NCBI RefSeq assembly: GCF_018350175.1
Contig: NC_058369.1
Coordinates: 5,334,001 to 5,398,000 of the forward strand
Source: Felis catus
Taxonomy: Eukaryota
Direction of reading: 5' to 3'
DNA length: 64,000 nucleotides
The position numbers and the translations under genes were made by a program. The notes under the pieces were generated by a model. It was not told the DNA's origin, searched no databases, and saw only the letters and a list, made by a program, of their open reading frames with translations. Positions 13,601-25,230 of this stretch are shown one piece after another; within the stretch, counting starts at the first letter, position 1, and each line of letters begins with the position of its first letter.

Positions 13601-14424
13601 CATCTAGATGGCCCACAGACACATGAAAAGATGCTCAACATCACTCCTCACCAGGGAAATACAAATCAAAACCACACTGAGATACCACCTCACTCTGGTC
13701 AGAGTGGCTAAAATGAACAAATCAGGAGGCTATAGATGCTGGCAAGGATGTAGAGAAATGGGAACCCTCTTGCACTGTTGGTGGGAATGCAAACTCATGC
13801 AGCCACTCTGGAAAACAGTGTGGAGGTTCCTCAAAAAAATTAAAAATAGATCTACCCTATGACCCAGCAATAGCACTGCTAGGAATTTATCCAAGGGATA
13901 GAGGAGTGCTGATGCAGAGGAGCACCTATACCCCAATATTTATAGCAGCACTTTCAACAATAGCCAAATTATGGAAAGAGCCTAAATGTCCATCAACTGA
14001 CGAATGGATAAAGAAGATGTGGGTTATATATACAATGGAATACTACTTGGCAATGAGAAAGAATGAAATCTGGGCATTTGCAGCAACGTAGATGGAACTG
14101 GAGGGTATAATGATAAGTGAAATAAGTCAGGCAGAGAAAGCCAGATACCATATGTTTTCATTCTTATGTGGATCTTGAGAAACTTAACAGAAGACCTTGG
14201 GGGAGGGGAAGAGGAAAGAAAAGTTACAGAGAGGGAGGGAGGCAAACCATAGGAGACTCTTAAATACTGAGAACAAACTGAGGGTTGATGGGGGTTCGGG
14301 GAGAGGGGAAAGTGGATGATGGGCATTGAGGAGGGCACTTGTTGGGATGTGCACTAGGTGTTGTATGGAAACTAACTTGACAATAAATCATATTTTAAAA
14401 AATAAATAAATGAATAAAATAAAA
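7630..14424 (+). mobile_element. Full-length, decayed carnivore/felid LINE-1
   Basis: 5' GGAGGAGCCAA.. start, ~1.8-kb 5'UTR, ORF1 ~9473-10362, ORF2 ~10431-14178 (endonuclease, [11 protein letters not shown]-terminal Cys region), G-rich 3'UTR and A-rich tail. Both ORFs are broken. Confidence 0.95.
8652..8873 (-). mobile_element. Young SINEC_Fc inserted in the L1 5'UTR
   Basis: Near-consensus feline Can-SINE; flanking direct repeat TGGTTTGTTTA. Confidence 0.93.
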
Positions 14425-14439
14425 CAACAAACCCACCAC

Positions 14440-16045
14440 TAACAAAAATTAAGTCAAAATGGATTAAAGAATTGAGTATAAGTACCAAATTATAAAACTC
14501 TTAGCAGAAAATGGAAATTTACAATAGCCAAGACATGGAAAGCAATCTAGTCCATGGATGGATGAATGGATAGAGAAAATGCGGCATAGATCCATCAACT
14601 GGTCGATAGATAACAGACTATTTTTCAGCCATTTCAAAAAGGAAATCGTGTGGCACCTGGGTGGCTCAGCCAGTTCGGCATACAGCTCTTGACTTTGGCT
14701 TAAGTCATGATCTCACAGTCTGTGGGTTCAATCAAGCCCCAGGTCCAGCTCTGTGAGAACAGTGCAGATCCTGCTTGGGATTCTTTCTCTCCCTCCTCTC
14801 TGCCCCTCCCCTGCTCAAGTTCTCACTCAAAAATAAACCTAAAGACATAAATAAAAGAAAATCTTGCCACTTGTGACAACATAGATGGACTTTGAGTACA
14901 TTATGCTAAATGAAATAAGTCAGAAGGAGAAAGTGAAATACCATATGGCCTCAGGAGGGGGAGGGAAATGAATACTGGTGGTCAAAAGGTACAAACTTCC
15001 AGTTATAAAATAAGTCACAGGATGAAATGTTCAGCATGGTGACTATAGTTAACAATACCATATTGTGTATTTGAAAGCTGCTAAGAAGAAATCTTACCAC
15101 AAGAAAAAAAGTGTAACTTTGTGGTATTCGATTTTTTTAAGTTTATTTAAAAACAGAGAGATTCTTTCTGCCCCTCCCCCACTCATGCTCTGTCTCAAAA
15201 ATAAACATTTAAAAAAAAATTTTTTTTAAGATAAAGACAGAGATATAGGGTGCCTGAGTAGCTCAGTCGGTTAAGCATCCGACTTCGACTCAGGTCATGA
15301 TCCCCTGGTTTGTGGGTTTGAGCCCCGCATTGAGCTCTGTGCTGACAGCTCAGAGCCTGGAGCCTGCCTCGGATTCTGGGTCTCCCTCTCAGCCCCTTGC
15401 CCTACTCATGTGTGCACTTTCTCTCTCTGAGAAATAAGCATAAAAAAGTTTTTTAAGAGAAAGTATGAGTGGGGAGGGGCAGAGAGAGAGGAAAAGACAA
15501 AATCCCAAGCAGGCTCCAGCTGTCAGCCCAGAGCTTGAGGGCAGGAACCATGAGATCGAGTCAGATGCTCGCGGGGCACCTGGGTGGCTCAGCCGGTTGA
15601 GCGTGGGGCTTTGGCTCAGGTCATAATCTCCCAGTCTGTGAGCTCGAGCCCCACCCCGCATTGGGCTCTGTGCTGATAGCTCAGAGCCTGGAGCCTGGTT
15701 CAGATTCTGTGTCCCCCCTCTCTCTCTGCCCCTCCCCCACTCATGCTCTGTCTCTCTCTCAGAAATAAATAAACATTAAAAAAAAATTTTTTTTAAAGAG
15801 TCAGATGCTTAACCCACAGAGCCACCCAGGTGCCCCAATATTAGATGTTAACTAGACTTATTGGGGTGATCATTTTGCAATGTATATAAATATTGTATCA
15901 TGGAGTACACCTAAAACTAATATGTGTCAATTATATCTCAATAAAAACTTTTTAAAAAAGAAAACAGAAAATTTTCCTTGACATTGGTTTTGTCAATGAC
16001 ATTTTGGAAAGGACGTCGAAGCTCAGGCAACAAAAGCAAAACCTG
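14440..16045 (+). mobile_element. Older L1 3' fragments with a cluster of Can-SINEs
   Basis: TKINSKWIK-like coding remnant and L1MA-type 3'UTR; SINEs at ~14650-14840, ~15248-15450 and ~15455-15837(-), the last split by ~15573-15790(+). Confidence 0.8.
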
Positions 16046-16544
16046 ACTTCAACCTGGGGACCCAAATATCCACCTGCCCATTCATTCACCCCATCAATGT
16101 CCATGACATTCAATTCAGTGACCAGATCCCAAGTTGAACGAACACCTTCCTGGGTAACTCAGTTCTCCCCCATTGTTTCCAAATTCACTTGTTGGTACTG
16201 ATCCCCCGTCTAAATGCGAGCATCCTTCTGGACACCCAGCCACCTCACATTCATACTGATGAGCCATTCACCATCCTGAATTCACCAAAAGATTCTCACT
16301 GTCCCATAATTGCTTATCATCTCTCAGATCTCAGAGATATTATTTCCACAGGGTGTCCTTTCTTGACCCAACAATCAAAATTATAATACTACATTTTCCC
16401 CTGATTTTTGTGCAATTTTTTTTTACTTATATGTATATGATGATCTCTTTCACACTTTTTCTCACTAAATTAGATGCACCTTGAAGAGAAGACTAGTGTG
16501 GGCTTTAAATGTTTTACATAGAGGTATTCAAATATTGCTTTGTA

Positions 16545-16569
16545 GTGCTCGCTTCGGCAGCACATATAC
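16545..16569 (+). pseudogene. RNU6: 3'-truncated U6 snRNA retrocopy (first 25 nt)
   Basis: Exact GTGCTCGCTTCGGCAGCACATATAC flanked by the 15-bp direct repeat AAATATTGCTTTGTA (16530-16544, 16570-16584). Confidence 0.95.
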
Positions 16570-18054
16570 AAATATTGCTTTGTATTAGTAGGTGCTCACG
16601 TGATTTATTGAAGCATAAATGATTCCAACTCTACAGTTAATTACAAAACATTTCAAATAAAGTCACTTAACTCTAATTACACAATGATACAATCTTCAGA
16701 GTGGTCTACTGCCCTGTATTAATTAACTGCTAAGATTTAATCCAATGTCCCTTCCCTGTAATCCAATTATGTTTCTAGCCACAATAATCCATTTAAAATG
16801 CAAATCTAATCAGAGCACTTTCTTTTTAAGCCCTTAATTTCTGCCTTCCTCAGATTATTTTCAGAAAGGCAGCCCTAAATCTCATCTCATTCCAGTTGTC
16901 CTGACATAATTATTAACACAATTTCATTACCCAAGATATCCCAATAGCTTATAGTGCTTTTTAAACTGATTTACAACATTGTCACTCTTGAGGTGCCATT
17001 ATGTATTCTGAGTGACATTTTTAAGGTTGTAGCCATTTTTCATATTAAATGTAAATTTAGATTTTTAAAACAATAAAGAGTTATTAGCAAGTATTCCATA
17101 GAAACTGTTATTTGACCTTTACAGACTCCTAAATTCAGCAGTATGAGTAAGCCTAGTCTGTGGATCCTGGAACAATTGCCAATGGTTCCAACCTCTCCCC
17201 TGGCTCACACATGGACCATCCTTCCCACACTGACCCAGCACTGACCTAGTGGGTCTCTTCACCTCCAGCCAATACTAATCACGCTGCGCGATGCAAACCG
17301 GTTTCTTTAAAGATACAAACAAAAGCACCAACACTGTGACCATCCCCTTCTCAACTTCAAATACACTGATTACCACTTAATACCAAAGGCAAAAATGAAA
17401 CTCCTTTCTGTAACAAGCACAGATCTGGCTCGCCTTGTCAGCTTTACCAAACAGCATTGGGAAGCAGTTCCTCATGGGGCCATCCCAAGATGTAACAGGG
17501 TGCAACGGCTGTCCTCAACCAGGAAGAATGGAAGTGAAGAGAGACTTCCTCTCTCTGACCTCAGGCAGCTTGAAGGGGGAGGGAGCACGGGAGGAGCCAC
17601 CCTGTGAGAGACTCTCCACTTTGACCTGAGACAAAAGAGCCCACAGGCGGGTGGGAATTCTTAGACAGCATTTGTGCTGGTCAGGATAATCCAGAGAATT
17701 TGGCCTCAAGGCAGTGAGTATCCTGGGGCAGTGAGTGGCCAGTGGAAACATAACTAGAGTGGAGAGAGTCCCAGGAACCCACCTACCTCGGAGATTTTCT
17801 CAGAGATCCCTTTACTCTCTCTTCATGAAGGGGACTATCTACTGTGCCCCGCCCTCACAGCACTTACTTTCTGATGGCTGAGCCTGTTATCCAAAATTGT
17901 TCTTCCTTCCAAAAGCTGGCCCCAAACCTGGGTATACGTCCTCTCACGCTTAGAGTCCACCGCTGTTACCAGTACCTCAGAGGAAATGGAGGGATCCGAA
18001 GTCATCATGTGGCATCACCACATTTTAATTGTGATTAACATCAGATGATCTGTT

Positions 18055-18490
18055 TTAATTGTTCTCAGCCTGGATGTTCATTGGAAGCACCTGGAGAGTT
18101 TACAACTACTGATGGCTGGGTCCGGTCTCAGCACTTCTCTGCTGATGTGGGATGCAGCCTGGTCCACGGGAGATTTACAAATCCCCAAGGATCTAAAGGA
18201 TGAGAAACCACTCCTCTAGCTGTGTTGGGGGAATGTGGTCCGGGACCTTGACTTATGTGAAACACACCTGGGGTGCTTGTAATGCTATGGGTCCCTGGAC
18301 ACATTCCAGACCAAGTGTATCACAATGGCTGTGGGAGGGGCCAGGACAGCAGAATTTATTTTGTAAGAACTCCAAGTGTTTTTTAACCGCAAGATTAAGG
18401 ACTTTTCTCTCATTTCAGGGTTGCTCAGACTTTGCAGCACCTTAGAATTACCTGGTAAAATTGGAAAGGACTGGTGTCTGGACCCCAGGC
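18055..18490. mobile_element. hAT-Charlie (MER5-like) fragments
   Basis: GTTCTCA...TTGGAAGCACCTGGAGAG, TGAGAAACCACT and AGAATTACCTGG motifs. Confidence 0.5.
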
Positions 18491-19379
18491 AGGATCAGTT
18501 GTATCTGTAGATTAAGGGAAGGGGGTGTGGAAGGCAACAGCTCTTTGAAATTTACCTAGGCGACATAAATATGCAACTAATTGTGACAGCCACAGCATTA
18601 AGGTTGGAGAACAGCGAATTCATGGCAATCAGTGAAGAAAGAACTGATTAAATTACTTTCTGGATCACCTGGTGTGAGTAGCTCCTTGAGATGGGTAACT
18701 TCAGGGGTGGGCGGCACGAGGAATTCAAGAATGTGGAATGGGGTGATTGGCTCTTAAGGAGTAGGAGGCAGCTTAAGGAAGAGAATAACAATTCTGGATA
18801 GACATTATCTCTCCGTGCACTGAGAGAGGAAAAAGGGGTATCAGGAAAAAATGCTCTGAACGACTCATTTATATTTGTGATGTTTAATGTTTTTTTAAGT
18901 TGCAGTTTATTTATTTATTTTAAGAGAGAGAAGGAGAGTGCAAGTGGGGAAGGGGCACAGAGTGGGGGTGGGGAGAATCCCAAGCAGGTTCCACACCACC
19001 AGCGCAAAGCCCGATGGGGGGCTTGAACTCACAAACTGCGAGATCAAGCCCTGAGCCAAAGTCAGACGCCTATTTACGGAGCCACCCAGGTGCCCCTGTG
19101 ATGTTTAATATTTTAAACATTGTGATGTGAACAGCGAACCAAGCTGTAATCCTTGCTCCCACGAGGATTAATTTTACCGATTTATATGTTTATTTACAGG
19201 CAAGGGCACAGCATAGACTCTCCAGTGCGTGATTCAACACTAGATTTCTAAGATCCCCCCCTACTGTTCTGTCAGTTATATTTGTAGATTCCTGTGGCTG
19301 TGTGGAGGCATGTTGGCTGCAGAAACCACAGTATCTATTCATTCCCCAACTGGTGACTAGGTATGAGGGGGGTCTGATA

Positions 19380-20745
19380 ATGATAATTTGATATACATCT
19401 ACATTGTGAAATTATTACCCCAGTAATTAATATATCCATCACCTCACTTAGCGATCATGTTCTTGGTAACACTTGAGATCTACTCTCTAAGCGAATTTCA
19501 AGTGCACAATACATAATTATTAGTTATAATCACCTTGGTGTACATTAGGTCTCCAGAATTTATTCATCTTATGACTGAAAGATTGTACCTTTTAATCAAA
19601 TCTTCCCTTTCCCCCCCACCACCCAGCCTCTGATAAACTCGACTGTATTCTGTTACTGTATGTTTGACTCTGTTTTTTTTTTGAGATTCCGTATAAAAGT
19701 GAGATCTTGTAGTATCTGTCTTTCTGTGTCAATAGAATTGCTTTTTGTGTCAAAAGCAATACCACGTGCTTTTAAGGCTGTGAAGCAATCCGATCATGTA
19801 CAACTAGTGGGTGGGACAGCTTGGCAAGGTCTCTTGAAGTTGTGCATGTGATGACCCTTTCTTTATATTTCACTTAATATAATATCCTCCAGGTTTATCC
19901 ATGTTGTTGCAAATATTTCTTTCTCATGGGTGAATAATATTCACAAATATGTATATATACATAGGTTATATAATAATCACATTTTCTTTATTCATCTGTT
20001 AATGGACACTTACTTTGTTGGCATACCTTGGCTACTGGGAATATAATGCTGCAGTGAATATGGGAGTTCAGATATCACTCCCAGATAGTTATTTCAAGGG
20101 CCACTGGGTGGCTCAGTCAGTTAAGCATCCGACTTTTGATTTCAGCTCAGGTCATGGTCTCACAATTCATGAGATCAAGCCCTGCATCAGGCTCTGCACT
20201 GACAGCACAGAGCCTGCTTGGGATTCTCTCTCTCCCTCTCTCTCTCTGCCCCTCCCCTGCACTCTCTCTCTCTCTCTCATTTTTTTTTAAAAAGAAAAGA
20301 CAAGACCATCCTTTCCCCACTGTGCATTCTTACTTTGTTGAAAATTAGTTGACTATATGTATGGGTTGATTTGGGGACTCTCTGTTCTATTGGTGTATCT
20401 GTTTTTATGCCAGTACCATAATGCTTTGAACACTGTATTTTTTTAATACAATTTGAAATCAGAAAGTGTGATGCCTCCAGCTTTCTTTTTCTCTTTGCTC
20501 AGAATTGCTTTAGCTATTTGTAGTTCCATATGAATTTTAAAGTTGTTTTTCCTATCTGTGAAAAATGCCATTGGGATTTGGATAGAAATTGCATTGAATC
20601 TGTAGATGGCTTTGGGCAGAACGGGCTCTTTAATAACTGTCTCATAATCTATGAACACAGGATTATCTTTCGGTTTAGGTATGTCTTCTTCCATTTCCTT
20701 CTGAGTTTTATACTTTTCAGTATTACAGATCCTTCACCTCTTTGA
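19380..20745 (-). mobile_element. Old L1 3' end, antisense, with a Can-SINE at ~20098-20290
   Basis: Minus-strand ORF LPKAIYRFNAISIQIPMAFF...AGGITLSDFKLY; L1MA-type 3'UTR. Confidence 0.85.
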
Positions 20746-20974
20746 AATAAGAAAAAAATTAAACGCAACAAACCAAAATGGTATGAGCCATGCCTGTGCT
20801 GTGGCAGAATGAGACAGAGAGGGTTGAACCAAAGCAGTGAAAACTCAGAGAGAAACTGTGGCCGTACAGAGTCCAGAAGTGACAAGGAGAGAAAGAGGGA
20901 GCTGAGGTCAGGGAGGAGAGAGCCAAGGAAGGAGAAAAGAAGCCTAGCCTGGCTAAAAAGCTTCCAGAAGTGGC

Positions 20975-21180
20975 AGATAGCACATTGCACCCAGGCTGGA
21001 TTTAGAGTGGGCCCTATATGCAATGACTGGTGTTCTTGTAGGAAGAGAAGACACAGAGACATAGAGGAACAGAGACCCTGTGAGAGATTCAGGCAGAGAT
21101 TGGAGTGATACTATCGCCAGAAGCTGGAGACTGTAGGCACCGCCAGGAGCTGGAAGAGGCAAGGAATGATTCTCTGCTGT
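20975..21180 (+). mobile_element. MaLR (MLT1-like) LTR fragment
   Basis: GGATTTAGAGTGGGCCCTA..AATGACTGGTGTTCTT..GGCAGAGATTGGAGTGAT..GGAGCTGGAAGAGGCAAGGAA. Confidence 0.75.
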
Positions 21181-21367
21181 TGATAAACCATGAATCGACT
21201 GTAGGACTCCCCCATTTATGCCCACTCAAACTATCAAAAGCTGATAGTACGTTGTCTTTAAAATCCTAATTATCACGTGGCTTATCACACGGATGTCCTG
21301 GAGATCAGTGACCATGCCCGATGCCATCATGTAAACTTTCCAGGTCCCCAGTTATCAACCTGAACAC

Positions 21368-21788
21368 TTTTTTTTTTTGCAGTTTTACACCTTTATTTGA
21401 CAGTCACTGACTAACTATCATCCATATTAACTGTCTGGAGATTTTTGTGAGTGGTGACAGGTACACAGGTAACCAACATATAGAGCTGGTCTGGTGAATC
21501 TTCATCCTCGCTATGTGTTCCGGACCGCCACACACAGATACAGGATGGAACAGTCCTTCTTCCTTTGGCCCAGGCAGCTTTGTTCAGCTCACATCTGGAG
21601 TTTCCATCTCCTTCGTGGCAAATGTCCAGATCTCTTTGAGTGCCAGAGGGCACACTTCTGGAAACCCACTCCACGAACGCGCTTGTGAATGTTGCTGTGT
21701 TCTCTGGACCCTGCCTCCTTGATGGCAGAATGGCCCTTCTTGCTACCCTTCTTTGTGGGAGCCATTCTGCCAGGTCCCGGTTGGAAAG
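21368..21788 (-). pseudogene. RPL31: Processed pseudogene of ribosomal protein L31
   Basis: Intronless. 5'TOP CTTTCC, ATG at 21765 (MAPTKKG), frameshifted middle, C-terminus [47 protein letters not shown] at 21397-21392, poly(A) at 21378-21368, flanking repeat GTGTTC. Confidence 0.95.
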
Positions 21789-22735
21789 GAACACCTTCAT
21801 TTTTCAGTATAACTCCCTGGAATCATAGCCTACATCTGGGAACCGGCTGGGAATGATTTAAATGCATGGAGGAGAAAACCCAACTAAAATCAAGATAAAG
21901 CAATTTAACAGAATTTACAAATGGGAAGATTCAATGAGGGAAGAAATCAGCTGTTGATGGGACTAGAGTAGATTATGTCCAGACACAGATACATGCAGAA
22001 TACAAATGAGGGGGGGCAGGGGTACCTAGGTGGCTCAGTTGGTTAAGTGTCTGACTTCGGCTCAGGTCACGATCTCACGGTTCGTGAGTTTGAGCCCCGC
22101 ATCGGGCTCTGTGTTGACAGCTCAGAGCCTGGACCCTGCTTCGGATTGTGTCTCCCTCTCTCTGCCTTCCCCCACTCTCACTTTGTTTCTATCTCAAAAA
22201 AAATAAACATTAAAAAAAATTTTTAATGAGTGGGGGAAGGTCTTTCCCTGCCAACCCCCCACACCCACCCCTACTGTGCTCTTCTCCCAGGTGGACTCAA
22301 ACCCAGGCAGGCACTCCTCCTCTGTGACCTCACTCAACTCTGACTCCCAGAACTCCATATCTGGCAGGTAAGACCCTGTGTACTCCAGCTCCAACTCCTG
22401 TGCCATAAAGGGCCCTGTGCCTGGATCCTACTGGGCTAGGGTGAGGCCATGAGATGTCCTCCTACCCCAGGACATTGGATAAGAAGATTAGCTCATCCTG
22501 AAGAGTTAGATCTGCCCCAGTCCTGTGCCGGAATGAGCCTCTACCACAAAGCTGCTTGCTCTGGGAGGGAACTTTCACTAAGTTAAATCCAGAGCCCGTG
22601 GTAGGAGGCACAAGACATACCTGTCCGCCTCCTCTCACTCTCTATCCTTTTGTGTTCCTGTCCTTGACCCTCTGAAATCAGCCTTCCTCCCCCGCCTCTG
22701 CCAAAACTACTCTATCAAAAGTGTAAGGAAGTCCA

Positions 22736-22962
22736 GGGGCGCCTGGGTGGCGCAGTTGGTTAAGCGTCCGACTTCAGCCAGGTCACGATCTCGTGGTCCG
22801 GGAGTTCGAGCCCCGCGTCGGGCTCTGGGCTGATGGCTCGGAGCCTGGAGCCTGTTTCCGATTCTGTGTCTCCCTCTCTCTCTGCCCCTCGCCCGTTCAT
22901 GCTCTGTCTCTCTCTCTCTGTCCCAAAAATAAATAAATGTTGAAAAAAAATTAAAAAAAAAA
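22736..22962 (+). mobile_element. Young SINEC_Fc
   Basis: Near-consensus; target-site duplication (TSD) AAAAGTGTAAGGAAGTCCA. Confidence 0.95.
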
Positions 22963-23449
22963 AGTGTAAGGAAGTCCAGAAAATGCCGGATCCTTCTTTT
23001 CCTTCCTGACCCTAGTGAGAAGGTCTCCCCCTCTGACTTCTGTAATATTCCACCAAGTATTTGTTCGGCACAAATAATTACAACGTTTGTTGACCGAATG
23101 AATTGTCCATAAATAAAATGAAGTGTTTATTGGATCATTCCAGCATGTCCTATGCTGTGAGGCAGACAAGTTTCATCCAGAGCAAAGGCGCTGAGCCTGC
23201 TGGCAAAGCTTTGTCTTCTCTCTTATCACATGAAATCCAATCTCTTACCCACCAAACCACCCACTATTTCATGTCTTTGTGTCCCAAAAGAGTTTAATAA
23301 AGAGTCATCTTACTCTAACAAAGCATTGTGGTAGGGAGTGAGAAACAGGGTTGACAATGCCACAGAAAGTGGAACGTGCCTCACTGACGAATACCCTCCC
23401 CAGGGCCACCCCACTCGACCCTTTCACACAATCTTCTCCTACTTTTCCT

Positions 23450-24028
23450 CTAGTTGTCAGAATGTCCCTCTTGGCTTCTGGCTCTCTCTGCCTCCCTGGC
23501 AAGCCTGTCTGCCCCCAAGGCCTCAGCCAGCCTGTCCCTTGCTTTTCTCACTTTCTGAGTCTGTCTCCAGATATCTCCGAGTGTTACCGGTTGTCTGTAG
23601 ACGGGTGGTGGGGGACAGAAACCCACCCCGGGGACCGTCCCCGCCCAACCTGAAGATGGCGCTGTGCAGAACTCAGGTCTGCCAGGTAGAGACCCAGCAC
23701 CACCCACACCACCCAGCGCAACTACCTGTAAGGTATTTGTAAAGTCCAAAGTACTTAACGTCTCCCCATCGCTGCTGCAGGCCTGGAGGCCCTGCAGTCT
23801 CCTGTATGCACAGATTTGCTGGGGCTTCTCCAAGGTTCTGTCCCATTGATTGCACCTGGTCTCACTGCCAGGATGAGAAGTTATCCTTGTGACCGGCCTC
23901 TCAAAAATGCAGCTGGTCCGCCTTACAGGAAGTGCAGCCCTTTCACGACCCCTCTGCTTGGACTCAGCTAAATGGACTTGTCTTTTCTTCTCTGAAGTCC
24001 GGGCCATCATGTTTCTTTTGAGCTTCCC
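23450..24028 (-). CDS. MBD3L2: MBD3-like protein (MBD3L2 type), coding exon 2 (192 aa + stop)
   Basis: GKLKRNMM...LPVRRTSCIFERPVTRITSHP...LEKPQQICAYRRLQGLQ...VTLGDIWRQTQKVRKARDRLAEALGADRLAREAE (MBDa and MBD_C regions, no methyl-CpG domain); phase-0 acceptor TTTTGTTTTCAAAG|GGG. Confidence 0.93.
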   Translation of the reverse strand, partial: GKLKRNMMARTSEKKRQVHLAESKQRGRERAALPVRRTSCIFERPVTRITSHPGSETRCNQWDRTLEKPQQICAYRRLQGLQACSSDGETLSTLDFTNTLQVVALGGVGGAGSLPGRPEFCTAPSSGWAGTVPGVGFCPPPPVYRQPVTLGDIWRQTQKVRKARDRLAEALGADRLAREAERARSQEGHSDN

Positions 24029-24859
24029 CTTTGAAAACAAAATGAAACAGGAAATTTGAAGATGGGGGATGAAGGCCACCAACCACAAAGAATGGTCTCC
24101 ACTCATCTGTATCTTCCACCCTCCTTTATCCACAGAGAAAGGTGTCTCGAATGGCACCGTTGTATCACCATCATCTGGAGGGTGGTTAGCACTCAAGATT
24201 TCTGGACCTCAAGCCAAGTAGGTCTGGGGTAGGGCCAAGAATCTGCATGTCTAAGGGTTCCCAGGTGATGGTGATGCTGGTGCGAGAACAGTTCCTGGGA
24301 TGATATCAAAGAGATGTGAGTCAAGGACAGAAAGCTTGAGGTCATTACCCAGTGCCAACTCCAGACCCTTTCTCCTCCACCACCTTCCCTGTAGGATGTG
24401 CCCATCTTACCACACTTGTCGGTGTCAACCACACGCATGCTGGCTCCCCTCCACCCACCGTCATTTGGACACAGGGATCACAGGTTTCTTAGTATCCCAA
24501 GGCTTCAGGCTTGCAGTATCTCTTAACGGGGGTCTAGGACACACAACAACCTGGTGCTCCTACCTCTAGTGCCTCATCCTCAGTGAGGTCTTGCCCCTCC
24601 CAACCCTTAGATACTCACTCACTCTCACCTGCACACTCAAACCCCATTGTCACTCAACTATCTTCCTGTTCATGAATAGATAACCAGAAACACCATATTC
24701 CCATCACACGTTTTTGTTTGTTTGCACAAAGACCTCCATTATAAAACCATTTTTCAAGGTTCTGGCAAGAACATTCTCCGTGCTCCTCCCTGTTAATGTC
24801 CCTGTCCTCTTTCTGACTTAACACAACAATCGATGCTTCTTAGAGGTCAATCCTGCTCT

Positions 24860-25230
24860 CACATTTGTTATACATCCGCACCCCTGTCTAGGCCATTCAT
24901 CCATTTCCCTGGCTTCCAAATACCATTAATGGAACTAGAAATGCCCATAGAGTCAGTGCAGATCTGACTCTGACCCTGATACCCAATACCCACTCTCCCA
25001 CTCACCTCATCAATAATGACACTGATGACTCCACGAACAGTGACCAGCTCCGAAGTTGAACCAACCAATTCCCCCCCAAAATTCACTGCTGTCTCAGTGT
25101 CCCCAAACCCACTTGCTAGTACTAATGTCCTGTGTAAACCTGAGTGTCATTGTGGCCACACCACACACTTTGAACAATAAACCATACATCCGCCCTCCTG
25201 AATTTACCTAAAGACTCAACTTCCGAACAA
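24860..25230 (+). mobile_element. L2 remnant in the MBD3L2-like intron
   Basis: CATCCATTTCCCTGGCTTCCAAATACCAT and TTCCCCCCCAAAA resemble the L2 3' consensus. Confidence 0.55.

Noticed and set aside
16780..16812. DUX-like AAATCTAATCA here and at ~26113
   Set aside because: Mismatched, and explained by decayed L2-type AAATGCAAATC..ATCA sequence
24029..24196. N-terminal 56 aa of the 248-aa ORF
   Set aside because: Intronic run-through; homology starts at the acceptor at 24028 and the real exon 1 is 27899-27855
24410..24655. Alternative first-exon candidates for MBD3L2-like (MRVVDTDKC|gtaag, MGFECA|gtgag)
   Set aside because: Phase-1 donors are incompatible with the phase-0 acceptor, and there is no homology to MBD3L2
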